Below are positions 13,577 through 26,995 of a stretch of DNA of 64,000 bases, in pieces. Within the stretch, counting starts at the first letter, position 1, and the number at the start of each line of letters is the position of its first letter. The notes beneath the pieces are model-generated. The model was not told the origin of the DNA. It searched no databases and was given only the letters and a program-made list of their open reading frames with translations. Location of the stretch: NCBI GenBank assembly GCA_951406725.2, contig OX597833.1, positions 70,928,001 to 70,992,000 on the forward strand, in the 5' to 3' direction. Position numbers and translations under genes: made by a program. The stretch comes from Octopus vulgaris (lineage: Eukaryota).

Positions 13577-13862
13577 ATGCTCCGACATAAATTAACACGA
13601 AATTCCAACATGAGGTTTTGTCATCGTTGTCATCGTCATCATTTAATGCTCGTTTTCGATGCTGACGTGGGTTGAATGCTTTGACAGGAGCCACACCAGC
13701 TTCCATTGACTACTTTGGCATGGGTTCTATGGCTGGATGCTCTTCCTAACACCAACCGTTTTACAGAGTGTGTTGGGTGGTTGGGTATGTGGCACCAGCA
13801 CTGACGGGGATCACCAACACCTCCAACTAGGTGTGGCTTGTACCAGGTAAGGGATTTAAGGT

Positions 13863-14091
13863 TTAGCCCTTTCATTACCAACCCGGCTGAAACCGGCTCT
13901 GGCTCTGTAGTACAAATGTCTTGTTTTCATAAGTTTTGAATTAAAATCTTCCACCAAACCTTTGTCACAATTTATGTTCCTAACACTAACTGAATGGTAA
14001 CTAAGTTATTTTATTAAATTCTTTGCTATATTTAAAGTAATTAAAAGAAACACAGAGCATCTCAACAGAAATATGGTAACAAGAGGGTTAA
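13863..14091. mobile_element. piggyBac-type MITE family 1
   Basis: CCCTTTC...AGGG termini next to TTAA; same sequence as 19329-19558. Confidence 0.75.
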
Positions 14092-14553
14092 AGGGGACAA
14101 ATATAGGTGTCTTGCTGTTGAACAGAAAGTTTAAATTGAGTTGGAATTATGAGAGGGAATTTGTATCGTTAGGGCTAGGATCCGTCTCAGTTGGGTCTGT
14201 AATAAAAAGGTTTGCCTGGTGCTTCAAACATAGATTAGCAAAAGCTTCTAATATAAATTATGAAGAAATTTTCTTGTAAAACAGAAGGTTTTCTGATAAT
14301 AGAACTGGGGATAATCAGGTGAGTTGGTGTCAAAAGATTTGGGATTATGTCACTCTTGATCAGTATTTCTTAGCTGTGACCCTCAAGCATCTTGCTGGCA
14401 GACCCCTATCATATTCCTTGTTTACCAACCACATGGTTCTGGGTTCAGTCCCACTGTGTGGCACCTTGGACAAGTGTCTTCTACTATAGCCTCAGGCCGA
14501 CCAAAGCCTTGTGAGTGGATTTGGTAGATGAAAACTGAAAGAAGCCTGTCGTA

Positions 14554-14609
<56 letters not shown>

Positions 14610-15616
14610 TGTGTGTGTGTCTGTGTTTGTCCCCCTAGCATTGCTTGACAACCGATGCTGGTGTGTTTACGTCCCCGTCACTTAGCGGTTCGGCAAATGA
14701 GACCGATAGAATAAGTACTGGGCTTACAAAAGAATAAGTCCCAGGGTCGATTTGCTCGATTAAAGGCGGTGCTCCAGCCTGGCCGCAGTCAAATGACTGA
14801 AAACAAGTAAAAGAGAGAAAAATCTCCTCCTCCTCCAAGCAGCAGCATTATTCTTCTTTTGCATCCAGCGTTCAGTACATAATTCCTCCAACTTATCCAA
14901 ATTCATGCCTATGTCCATTTGAGTTACCTCCCTTAGCTCATTTATCTACTTATTCGTTTATTTTAGAACCCTGTCACTCAAACATCTGCTGTTTCGTGAT
15001 CCAGGCTTCGTCCCCTGCTGTGTCGGCAGCCCCAATATGCTTCTTCTCTCGCAGCAAGCACCAAAACCAAAGCCATTTCGAAATTCTTGGTATTTTATTC
15101 CTCCTCAGGGATGTAATTTAATATCCACGATAACGAATGGATTTAATTTTCTCATTTCTGCTGATTCTGGTATTCTTCTACTTGCTTCAGTCATTGGATT
15201 GTGGCCATACCGGAGCACTACCTTTAGTTGATCAAATCGTGCCCAGTGCTCATTATATTATCATAAGGGATTTATTCTTTATTCTCCCAGCTTCTTTTTT
15301 CCAAACTGTTAAGTTATGGGAACATAAACAAACCAACACCGGTTGTCAGGTGGTAAAGGACAAATGTACACACATGCCCACATAAATTCTATGCTCCCTG
15401 AAATTCCCCAACGCTACCCATGACGTACCTCGGTGGTCCTTTCCTTTTTCGGGCTCTTTGGTTGTATCGCAAGAAGTTTGCTTCCCAACCACACTGTTCC
15501 TGTTTCTATCCCTCTGTGTGGCACCATGGGTAAGTGTCTTCTACAATAACCTTGGGCTATCCAAAGCCTTGTCAGTGGATTTGGTAGACGGAAACTGAAA
15601 GAAGCCCATCGTGTGT

Positions 15617-16895
15617 ATCATCATCATTTAGCATCCATTGTCCATGCTGGCATGAGTTGAACAGTTTGGCCAGGGCTGGCAAGGCTGGAAGGCTGCACCA
15701 GACCCCAGTCTGATTTGGCATGGTTTCTACAGCTGGATGCCCTTCCTAATGCCAACCACTCTCAGAGTGTAATGGGTGCATTTATGTGCCACCGACACAA
15801 GTGCCAATTGCGTGACACTGGTATTTGCTACAACTGCAATTTTACTTGCGTTGATGGGTCTTCTTCTCAGGCACAACATAATGCCAAAGCTCTCAGTCTT
15901 TGCCTCTGTGAGGCCCAACACTTGAAAGGAACTCAACCACTTTGCCTCCATGAGGCCCAACACTCAAAAGATGCTTTTTATATGCCACTGGCACCGGTGC
16001 CAGTTACATCACTCCATCATCGGCCATGACTACGATTTCACTTGGCTTGAGGGGTCTTTTCATGCATGACATATCTCCAAATGTCTCAGTCACAAGTCAT
16101 TGCCTCTGTGAGGCACAAAGTTCAACGATCATGCTTCACCACTTTGTCCCATGTCTTCCTGGGTCTACCTCTTCCACAGGTCCCCTCCACCATTTGAGTG
16201 TGACACTTCTTCACACAGCTGTCCTCATCCGTATGCATCACATGACCATACCAGTGCAGTCGTCTCCGTTCCACACCACATCAGATTCCTCTTATGCCCA
16301 ACTTTTCTATGAAGATGTTTACACTTTGTTTGTGCATGCACACTGACATTGCACATCCAGCAACGCATACTAGCTTCATTTCTTTCAAGCCTGTGCATCT
16401 CCTCGGCTGTCACAGCCCATGTTTCACTACCATGTAGCATAGCTGTTCACACACAAGCTTCATACAATCTACCTTTCACTCTGAGAGAGAGGCCCTTTGT
16501 TGCCAGCAGGGGAAGGAGCTCTCTGAACTTTGCCCAGCCTGTTCTTATTCTCACAGCTATGCTCTCAGATCATCCACCTCCACTACTAATTTGGTCACCT
16601 AGGTAACAGAAGCTGTCTTCTACCTCTAGCTTACTCCCCTGGCAGTTGATGGAGTAATTTACTCTGTTTACTGCACCTATGCATCTTCCACACACAAAAG
16701 CTATTTTCCCTCTTACCCTTCCTCTGGTATTGCTGCACCTTTTACGCATCCAAAAATTACACCAGGTACATCTTATGGAGTTTTTACCTGCATCTTTTCT
16801 ACAGATCGAGCAGGGCCATCTACCTGAAGGGATTTGGGATTTGTCTGTCTTCCTACTGACTAAGATTTGTTTTTTTGCAAGGTTCACCCTAAGGC
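15617..16895 (-). pseudogene. RTE-clade LINE 3' relic (RT C-terminus, 3' UTR and (GAT)n tail)
   Basis: Minus ORFs NLAKKQILVS..., LEVEDSFCYLGDQISSGG, MLHGSETWAVT...LERNEASM; continues into the tail element at 15617-15870. Confidence 0.8.
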
Positions 16896-17083
16896 CCTTA
16901 TATATATATGACCTTCTGCATGGTCATTGGATCTACTAAAAATAGAAGCTAACCTCCCCCTCAAAGCATACCCTATCCTCTTATATATTATTGTAGTCTT
17001 AAAAACGGAGAAGACCCGCTTAAAGACCCGCTTCGTCAAGCCTGACCTGGGGTTAAACAACAAAACAAAATTCTGATGTGCAT

Positions 17084-17684
17084 ACTCTTTTACTCTTTTA
17101 CTTGTTTCAGTCATTTGACTGCGGCCATGCTGGAGCACCGCCTTTTAATCGAGCATCTCAACCCCGGGACTTATTCTTTGTAAGCCCAGTACTTATTCTA
17201 TCGGTCTCTTTTGCCGAACCGCTAAGTGACGGGGACATAAACACAGCAGCATCGGTTGTCAAGCAATGATAGGGGGACAAACACAGACACACAAACATAT
17301 ACACACACATATATATATATATATATATACATATATACGACGGGCTTCTTTCAGTTTCCGTCTACCAAATCCACTCACAAGGCTTTGGTTGGCCCGAGGC
17401 TGTAGTAGAAGACACTTGCCCAAGGTGCCACGCAGTGGGACTGAACCCGGAACCATGTGGTTGGCAAGCAAGCTACTTACCACACAGCCACTCCTGCACC
17501 TATATATATATATATATATATTATATACGACAGGTTTCTTTCAGTTTCCGTCTACCAAATCCACTCACAAATCTTTGGTCGGCCGGAGGCTATAGTAGAA
17601 GACACTTGCCCAAGATGCCACGCAGTGGGACTGAACCCGGAACCATGTGGTTGGTAAGCAAGCTACTTGCCACACAGCCACTCA
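17084..17684 (-). mobile_element. SINE family A plus an adjacent partial head copy
   Basis: Full copy 17084-17500, second head 17525-17684. Confidence 0.85.
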
Positions 17685-17979
17685 CAGATTTATTTGTTTA
17701 TGTTTTATTTATCTGCTCAACTAAATTTTTCCAGTTGTAACCCAACACTTAATATTAACAGTATGTTTGTAATTTCATGCAAGAAGTAGGTCAACCAAGC
17801 TAAGAACTGGTTACAAACTACAGATTCACGGTGTCTCTTTCTTTCTTTTTTTTTCTTTTTTATATATATTTTATATTTTCATTTTGATTTTATTTTTTAC
17901 ATTTTAATTTTTTTTTTTCTTCTTCATCATAAGATCTCTTACTTCCGTCGGTGAATAACAACTTGACAATTAGGTTGCG

Positions 17980-18148
17980 TGTGTGTGTGTGTGTGTTGAT
18001 TGTATATACACATGTATGTATATATGCATGCCAGGGTTTATGCAGCTATGTGTATGCACAGATATGTGTGTGTAAACATGCATTTGTGCATATATGCATA
18101 TATATATATATATATACATATGCATATTCGCATTAATGCACATAGGTA

Positions 18149-18188
<40 letters not shown>

Positions 18189-18287
18189 TATACATATATA
18201 AAATTATAAATTAGGGTATCTACGAGATACCACCATGCTGAAAATAGCAGCATCCTTATTTATATAAATTTATATATATATATATAT

Positions 18288-18364
<77 letters not shown>

Positions 18365-18401
18365 CAGAAACATACATATATATATATATATACACACATA
18401 T

Positions 18402-18452
<51 letters not shown>

Positions 18453-18520
18453 CACATATATACATACACATATATATATATATATATATAAACACACACA
18501 CGTGTGTGTGTGTGTGTGTG
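17980..18520. repeat. TA/TG microsatellite complex
   Basis: Direct reading. Confidence 0.9.
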
Positions 18521-18692
18521 TGTCCTTGAATGTATCTTTATCGTCACCACCATCACCACCATCATCATCATCATCATAGTTCCAATGTCTATTATTCGGT
18601 GTGTTTGTAGGGTAGGGGTGCAGCTGCTGCTGCTGCAAGTGTTTGTGGTTGGCATTTTGTTGCAGTTGGGTGCAGAGGTAACACAAGAAGGG

Positions 18693-18723
<31 letters not shown>

Positions 18724-18955
18724 GCAGTAGCAGCAGAGCAATTAGGAATGGGCTTAAAATAGTTAAGAATGTGTGAAGAACTAGTTCAGAAACAATGGTG
18801 TGTCTGAGCAGAAGATGTGCTGGAACAGAAAAAAAAAATTGGAAACCTAATAAATATAGGATTATCCTTCGTGTTGCCATAATCCTGATGAACTCCACTG
18901 CCTTCATTTCGATTAATGGTTAAAATAATGAAAATTTAGTAAAAACACTTTGTTA

Positions 18956-18986
<31 letters not shown>

Positions 18987-19016
18987 GGAACAAATTAATG
19001 CAGTTTTAAGCATTGT

Positions 19017-19212
19017 TTAGTTAGTTAATTAGTTAATTTTTTGGCTCAAAAAGCAAAAAGCAAGGCCATGTAGGGGAACATAGAGTTATGTACAGGGTGG
19101 TGTTCATGTAAAGAGTTCAGGCCACTTGTGGTCAAGGGAGACTTTGAACCGAGCGGTCGTCGGCATCTTCACCATCTCATCCAGCAGCTTATTCCACGGA
19201 TCCGCAACCCGG
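19017..19212 (-). mobile_element. CR1 family 1 3' fragment
   Basis: Matches 6301-6490. Confidence 0.8.
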
Positions 19213-19328
19213 ATTCAAATTAGTATTCAAATTGTATACTAATTATACAAATTGTATACTAAATATGTAATGCATATTTATTGACATTGTTTTTAATTTA
19301 TCATGGACCATCTCATAGCTTTGTGATT

Positions 19329-19558
19329 TTAACCCTTTCGTTACCAACCCGGCTGAAACCAGCTCAGGCTCTGAGTACAAATGTCTTGTTTTCATAAGTT
19401 TTGAATTAAAAATCTTCCACCAAACCTGAGTCACAATTTATGTTCCTGACACTAGCTGAATGATAACAAAGTTATTTTACTAAGTTCTTTGTTATATTTA
19501 AAATTAATTGAAAGAAACACAGAGCATCTCAAGATAAATACGGTAACAAAAGGGTTAA
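19329..19558. mobile_element. piggyBac-type MITE family 1 nested in MITE family 2
   Basis: TTAA-CCCTTTCGTTACC...GGTAACAAAAGGG-TTAA; the flanks join to form family-2 sequence. Confidence 0.85.
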
Positions 19559-19810
19559 TGATGTTAATGTTTATTTTTAGAAGGACATTGTAGGATAGGT
19601 GTGAGAGGCCGGATCTGACCAGTTTAAACATAAAACAGGTAGAACATTTGGGCCAGATGTGGGCAGTTTAAATGCTGAAGGGGTTGAGCTGGTTTCTGGA
19701 CCTGATTAATACATAACTTTGATTTGGATCACTTTAAAGCAGGAAGTTTGTTTCGTAGAATCCGGTGGCTTGGAATTAAAATGGTTAGCAACAGCAGCAG
19801 CAGCAGCAGT

Positions 19811-20080
19811 AGTTAGTTAGTTAGTTAGTTAATTTGGCTCAAAAGCAAATAGCAAGGCCGTGTAGGGGGACATGGAGTTAAGTACAGGGTGGTGTTCATG
19901 TAAAGAGTTCAGGCCACTTGAGGTCAAGGGAGGCTTTGAACAAAGCGGTCGTCGGCATCTTCACCATCTCGTCTGGCAGCTTGTTCCACGGATCCGCAAC
20001 CCGGACGGAGAAAGCTCCTCTCCTTCGATTGAGATGAAATCGTCGCAGGTAGAGCTTTTCGGAATGACCCCGCAGCCGAG
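19811..20080 (-). mobile_element. CR1 family 1 3' fragment
   Basis: Matches 6301-6570; followed by a (AGC)/(AGT) microsatellite. Confidence 0.8.
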
Positions 20081-20087
20081 TTGTAGT

Positions 20088-20152
<65 letters not shown>

Positions 20153-20449
20153 CAGCAGCAGCACAGCACTTTGAAATTTTGGTGCAAGGCCAGCAGTTTT
20201 GAGGAAAGAGGGTAAATCAGTTACATGGACCTCAGTATATGACTGGTACTTTGTTTTTTTTTTACCCTGAAAGGATGAAAGGCAAAGTTGACCTAAGTAG
20301 GATTTCAATTCAGAACGTAAACAGCTACCAGGGTGGTGGTGGTGGTGGCGGCACCGTTGCTAGTGGCAATGACAATGAGAACAATGATGTCATAGTAGTA
20401 ATTGTAGTAGTATCCAAATAGAAAGTGGCTTTAGGATATCATTTCTGCA

Positions 20450-21011
20450 GTGGTGGCCAGGTCTCCTCAAGCATAGCAAACCACCAATCATCTCTGTGAT
20501 GATCTGGGGAGGCTGTATCTTGGAAATTCCGCCAGCCCAATGGTTTCCCTTCATGGCAGAATTAATAGTCAGGACTAAGCATTTTATCTGATCAAATTCA
20601 TCCTGTGGTTGCGGAACTGTTTCTGGAGGGAAACACAATCTTTCAGGATGAGAATGCACCAATTCACACAGCTAAAGTTGTTATTGAATGGCATGAGGAA
20701 ACATTCTAGTGAAGTTGAACATCTTATCTGGCCACCACAGTCCCCAGATCTCAATATTACTGAACATTTATGGTGCATTTTAGAAAAACAAGTAAGGAGT
20801 CCATATCGTCCACCATCATCACTACAAGAACTGGAGACTGTTTTAGCTGAAGAATGGACAAAACATTCCTTTGGAAACAATTCAAACTTTGTACGAGTCC
20901 ATACCTCGTAGAATTCAAGCTGTAATTACTGCCAAAGGCAGTCCTACTCCATATTAAAATAAATTTGTTTGAAATTTTATGGGGTTTCCATTATTTTGTC
21001 CAACCCCTGTA
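20450..21011 (+). pseudogene. Tc1/mariner transposase relic with right terminus
   Basis: SVMIWG, FQDENAPIH, WPPQSPDLNITEHLW, IPRRIQAVITAKG motifs with frameshifts; ends ...ccaacccctg-TA. Confidence 0.88.
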
Positions 21012-21156
21012 TGTGTATATATATATAATGGCCTTCTTTCAGTTTCTGTCTAAGTCTGTAGTAGAAGACACTGACCCAAATGTCACACAGTAGGACTGAA
21101 CCCAAAGCCATGTGGTTGGGAATCGAGCTATTCTTACCACTCACCCACAACTGCAC

Positions 21157-21195
<39 letters not shown>

Positions 21196-21360
21196 GTGTT
21201 GCTAATGATCAACACATGCTATGGATTGTATTCAGGTGATGCCTTCTGTGATTACTCAAACTTTCATAAATGTTTGCAAGGGCAGAAACAAACAACATTG
21301 TTATTGCCAACTGTTTGTACAACCCAAAACCTCAAGATTCTCACTTTATTTGGCCACATC

Positions 21361-21903
21361 TTAACCCTTTCATTACCGTATTTATTTTGAGATATTCTGT
21401 GTTTCTTACAATTACTTTAAATATAACAAAGAATTTAGTAAAATAACTTAGTTATCATTAAGCTAGTGTTAGGAACATAAATTGTTACTAAGGTTTGGTG
21501 GAAGATTTTACTTCAAAACTTTTGAAAACAAGACATTTGTATTACAGAGCCAGAGGTGGTTTCAACCAGGTTGGTATCCAAAGGGTTAATTTGCAGATTT
21601 TGTTTCACATAGTTGTTTGACTTGTTAAAAATAGCAGCCAAATCTTGTGCAAATTGAAGACACATTTGACTGTCTTTAACCCTTTTGTTACCATATTTCT
21701 GTTGAGATGCTCTGTGTTCCTTACAATTACTTCAAATATAACAAAGAATTTAGTAAAATAACTTGGTTATCATTAAGCTGGTGTTAGGAATGTAAATTGT
21801 GACAAAGGTTTGGTAGAAGATTTTAATTCAAAACTTATGAAAACAAGACATTTGTACTCAAAGCCTAAGCTGGTTTCAGCCAGGTTGGTATCGAAAGGGT
21901 TAA
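21361..21903. mobile_element. Two piggyBac-type MITE family 1 copies (21361-21589, 21676-21903)
   Basis: TTAA-CCC...GGG-TTAA on both copies. Confidence 0.85.
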
Positions 21904-22611
21904 ACAAGAGATAAGAGAGTTAATTGTTGTGTCATCTATACAAAGAAGGTGAGGCTTGAAGCTTTGAAACCTTCACTGGTTCAGTGGAATTTTTTGAACT
22001 TCCAACTCCCTGAATCTATGGCTGACTCATTAGATTGCCAAGACATTTGATACTGAAATGAAGTTTAAGCTAATGACAAGCCAAGCATGACAGTCACTCC
22101 CATTTCCCTTGAGAAAGACATGTTCTTACTTGGTGTCAGGTGAATGGAAGTGGGTAAGAAACCTGACCTGGAAGCTTAAAATTAAAGCTAAAAGTCTGAT
22201 TGCAGATATCTCACCTGTCTTCGCGTATGATTTACTGCCGTCAACGCATGAGAAAGACTATGAAAGCATTTTTAGATAATCATGGAAATCGTTAAGCACT
22301 GTCTGGCACTCGAGCATCGCATGTGGAGCGTATAATTGCTGTTGTTGTTGCTGTTGTGTGTCCTCCACTGTTAATCAGCACTTGTCATATTTACGTCATC
22401 GTACTTGAACTTTTTATTAAGATCGTGTTTCCGTGAATTCACGGATTCTATGTCACTTGACACACACACACACACACACACACTGTAGCAGAAGGCATCA
22501 AGGTGGTGGTGTTGGTGGTGGGGATATAAAGGAAATTGGAATAGAGTGTTCAGTAGAACTGTTAGAAAAGGTTTGCCTCCTTGGCACGACCAGAATCTGC
22601 AGGAGAATTAT

Positions 22612-22940
22612 TCATCATCATCATCATCATCATCATCGTTTAGCGTCTGCTTTCCATGCTAGCATGGGTTGGAGGGGTTTGACTGAGGTCTGGCAAACCA
22701 GGCTCCAATCTGATCTGGCAGAGTTTCTACAGACGGATGCCCTTCCTAACGCCAACCACTCCGAGAGTGTAGTGGGTGCTTTTACGTGCCACCGGCACGA
22801 GGGCCAGTTTGGTTGTACTGGCAATGGCCATGCCCAAATGGTGCTGTTTACGTGCCACCTGCATAGGAGCCAGTCCAGTGGCACTGGTGACGACCTCGCT
22901 CGAATGTTTCACGTGCCACCAGCACAAGTGTTAGTAAGGC
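22612..22940 (-). mobile_element. RTE-tail element copy, preceded by a short RLE-LINE end at 22520-22610
   Basis: (CAT)n followed by the conserved ggatgcccttcctaacgccaacc motif. Confidence 0.75.
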
Positions 22941-25472
22941 GACGCAGGTAATGATCAGTATATAGTTGAAAAGAACAGATAGCATGGTACCGTAGTCTGC
23001 TGGTAGCAAACCTGCTATGCATGCAAGACTCCAGGAGTTCTAACATACAACAACAGCAACAATAATAAACTAAATGATCTGGAAATGAGAAAGTAAAGAG
23101 ACGAAACTTCAAGTATAAAAAAGTATTAGCTTCAGTAATTTTTCCACCTTTTTGCATTTTAATGTTGTATTAGCTCCAGGCCAATGTTTGGTTGCGCAGA
23201 CCTTTAACCAAAGGATTTTCGGCTTTGACCATCAAACCTTTTTTTTGTATATCTATATCTACTTTCTGTATGGTAAAATGTGATTAGAGGGAGATTTAGC
23301 TGCTATTTTATTTCAGGTTGGGGGATTAAACAGTGACACTTCATTAGCTCTGTTGGTGGTGTTGTTGTTGTTGTTGTTGTTGTTGTTGTCATTTAGTCTC
23401 AGATCAAACCTAATTGACCAAATATCTGATCTGTGTTCCATGCATGACCACCTCATCTGTTTATATAATTTAAAATACTTTGTTTTGAAGATAATAAGGT
23501 GTAATCAGGAGGATATTAGCTGCCATTTCTAACAACTACAGTATAGAAATCCCTTCTTTGACTCATTGGTTCCTTATTGATGACTCACAAAGTCGGATGA
23601 ATGCAATCCTTTAACTAAAACAACCACATTTCCCAGCATCCAGTCGTGAATAACTGCTCCAGCTGGGCAGTGACCATTTTTTTTTTTCTCCCCATTCTGC
23701 TGCAACTTGTTGCCTCTGCCACTCATGCAGCCACCAATAATCACAGACACCCCCTCCCACGTGTCTCTCAGCTGTTCAACCAACCAATAACCTCTGCACA
23801 CCACCACCACCACCAGCAGGATATACCTGAACTAAACAAACTACTTCAAACTCTGCAATGAATATTTCCTTCCCCCCATGACTCTTGAAATCTTTGTTTT
23901 TACGAAGATTCAATTTGAAATAATTATGTAAACCACTTTTCTCTGCCAATAATATCCGGGTCGACTTTTGTTTTGCTTTCTTGTTTTTTTGGGGTTTTTT
24001 TTGCTTTGTTTCATAACATTTTCTCATCTAAGAATCATTTTCCTGTTATTCTTCTCTTTCTTTCTCAACCTTGTGGTTAACAAGTTCACTTCACATTTAC
24101 GTAATTCCAAGGTTAACCCTTGTCCTTCCCCACTGCTTGATGCCACTTTTCATAAACTATTTCTCCTGCAGACACACAACAACCAGATCTTAGTCACTGA
24201 AATTCAGTACAAACTGAAAAACTGTGTGGGAGCCTTTTGGAAGGAGTGTTTCCATTGTTGAGTAGTGGATTTATTTAATTCCTTGCTCAGTTTTAAATTA
24301 CCATTTGGTCTATGTCTGCTTTTTAGCAGAATTACACTCTCTTGCCAAGAATTTGAGACAAGTCCCTAATCAGAGAATCACTTTCTGCCCTCCTTTCAAC
24401 AGGCTTGGAACCCTGAATTAAAGGTAATGGCTGATGATTCTTCTTCTATTTCTATATTTTTATCCTCCACTTTATCTCATTTTGGCCACTGACCACTGTT
24501 CATCTTCGTGTGGTTAAGTGAATAAGATTGTCAGGATATCATAACTCGTTAACGTTTAGATTATTTTATAAAATGTAATGATTATTTATTCACATTGTTC
24601 GGAGTCAATCATGCTTTATCTTGTAGTTTCAAGATTTTGGCGCTGTGTTCGTATATTTTTAGAATGGCATTGTAGGGTAAGTGTGAGAGGCTTGATCTGG
24701 TCACTTTTAACAAAACAGAAAGAGAATATTTTGGGCTGGACATCACCTGGGTAAATGCTTAAAGGGTCAAAGTTCAGTTTGTGTTAAATATTTACTGCAG
24801 GGAACATTTAAATCTTTCGTTACCATATTTCTGTGAAAACAGTTTAGAAGATGGGGTAAGTACCCTTAGAAGACTGGGGGTAAAACCGGACAGCCAGCCA
24901 CTATAGAGAATCGAAGCCTGTCCTTCTCAAATTCTGGTTGAGGGCTCTCTACCATTAAGCTAAGTCACCCCTGACCACAAATTCCACCTTTTATGTTTAG
25001 CGTTATAAGTTTGGTTGGAGGGGACAGTTCATTCATATAAAACTGCAGCATCATTTAATGTGTCCTTCCACACATGACCAATGCTATATTAATCCTTATA
25101 TTTTTAAGATATTTTAAAGATTTTTGTGTGATTTGAAGGACATCTAGCTGCTGGTTAGTTGTGGCTTTGACCTTGTATTACAGAAGTAATTGATCGAGTT
25201 CTTTGAAGCAACCTACATATTCAACACACACACTCGTGCACATACACACACACACACATTGTCTGGCATTCACATTTGTTACAGAGGCACAAGACCTAAA
25301 CTTTGGACTCAGTTGGTCAACTAAATCAACCTCAGTACTTGACTGATTCTATATTAAAAACCATTTTTATGTCAAAATACATTTCCTTTGCTTCTTCAAA
25401 TAATTCTTAAAATAATGAAGAATCTTGTAAGATGACTTTGTCGTTACTAAGTGACTTTTAGAACATAAATTA

Positions 25473-25755
25473 GTGGAGGCACATGGCCTAGTGGTCGAGG
25501 AATCGCAGGTTCGAATCTCAGACTGGGCGATGTGTGTGTTTATGAGCGAAACACCTAAGCTCCACGCGGCTCTGGCAGAAGGTAATGGTGAACTTCTGCT
25601 GACTCTTTCACCACAACTTTCTCTCACTCTTTCCTCCTGCATCTTGCAGCTCACCTGTGACGGACCGGCGTCCTGTCCAGGTGGGGAACCTATACGCTAA
25701 GGAAACTGGGAAACCGGCCCTTATGAGCCAGGCATGGCTCGAGAAGGAACAAACA
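25473..25755 (+). mobile_element. tRNA-derived SINE family C with V/Meta-like central domain
   Basis: A box tggcctagtgg, B box ggttcgaatct, then cctgtgacggaccggcgtcctgtccagg...ggaaaccggccc. Confidence 0.65.
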
Positions 25756-26744
25756 GAACATAAATTAACAGGAAATTTTGATGAAAGGTTGTAATTTGGT
25801 TCTCTTGAAAGCAGGGAGTTTTTATATCAGAACCAGGGGCAGCCTCAGGTGATTTGATATCAAAAGGGTTAATTGACCCTCGAAGGATTGAAAGGCAAAG
25901 TTAGCCCTGGCAGGATTTGAATTCTAAACATTAAGGGCTATAACTAAATGGTTTGCTCGTTGTCTTCTAAATGATTCTGTCAGCTTGCTGCCTTACACAG
26001 GTTGAACATTAATGGTCATTTTACTAAAATACTCCATTATTTTCAACATCACTTGTATAAATGATGGTTGATTTCAATAGAAATCTGGTGATGAAAGGGT
26101 TATAGCAGGAAACATCAGGGACAGGGCCAGCAAAATGTAAATACTTTGAAACAAGAGGGTCTCTTTTAAACAACATAAAGTCAGATCAGGTTTTTTGCAG
26201 CAGCAATTAACCAGGTTCAGTGGTGGTTATGCTGGTGGGTCTTTCCAACTTGGATTGTTTGACATAAAAGAGAAACTTAGCAGGTCATGGAGTACCTCGA
26301 CAAACACGGAGCTAGAAGCTAAATCGTGGATTCTCTGAGGAGGAAGAACAGCTATTTCCTTTATCAAAACAATGACCGTCGTTTGCCTTGTTGACATTTT
26401 CCTCAAGAGTAAACAAACGAACAACGGAATCAACGCTGTCATGTGGAGAGCAGGGGAGAGGAAAGTTGTTTGTATCAGGTGTGAATTGTAATTACAAAAG
26501 AACCTGTTGGTGACATATCTGTGCTGGGGGGAAATTACTAATCTGAAATATGTATTTGTGTGTGTGTGTGTGCCTGTTATCTATACTATAATGAAGTCTA
26601 TTTAAACGTATTTACTGTCAAAGTGTTTGCTTGTTATCTACCTGTCTGTTTTATGATGATTAAATGTTGGTACATAATTCTGTGTATGTGCACCTTTGAT
26701 CAGTTGTAGTGCACCTGAGCACTATACACAATAATTTCATTATT

Positions 26745-26995
26745 ATTATTAATATTTACATTATTTACATTTGACGGATATTTGTCCTCATCTTGTTTGT
26801 TGTTAACACAGCGTTTCGGCTGATATACCCTCCAGCCTTCATCAGGTGTCTTGGAGAAATTTCGAACCTGGGTTCTCATTCCTAAGGTATTTTTCAATGT
26901 TGTTGTTGTTGTTATTATTCAGGTCACTGCCTGGAATCGAACTCAGAATCTTGGGGTTAGTAGCCCGCGCTCTTAACCACAACGCCATTTGCCTT
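26745..26995 (-). mobile_element. tRNA-headed SINE with hammerhead-bearing tail
   Basis: Minus head tggcgttgtggttaagagc...gagttcgattcc, (AAC)n linker, hammerhead motif, (AAATAATGT)n-like end. Confidence 0.65.
26805..26850 (-). ncRNA. Minimal hammerhead ribozyme motif in the tail of a tRNA-headed element
   Basis: Minus strand GACAC-CTGATGA-A-GGCTG gagggtatat CAGCC-GAA-ACGC-T-GTGTT; stem I GACAC/GTGTT; C at 16.1 probably inactivates this copy. Confidence 0.65.

Noticed and set aside
13136-13706. Recurrent ORFs FDCGHAGAPPLVEQ... and RRHLPKVPRSGTEPGTMW...
   Set aside because: SINE family A sequence repeated many times; not protein coding
26925-26995. Possible tRNA gene (also 13162-13235 and 25473-25525)
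   Set aside because: A and B boxes are present but there is no complete cloverleaf or acceptor stem; these are SINE heads
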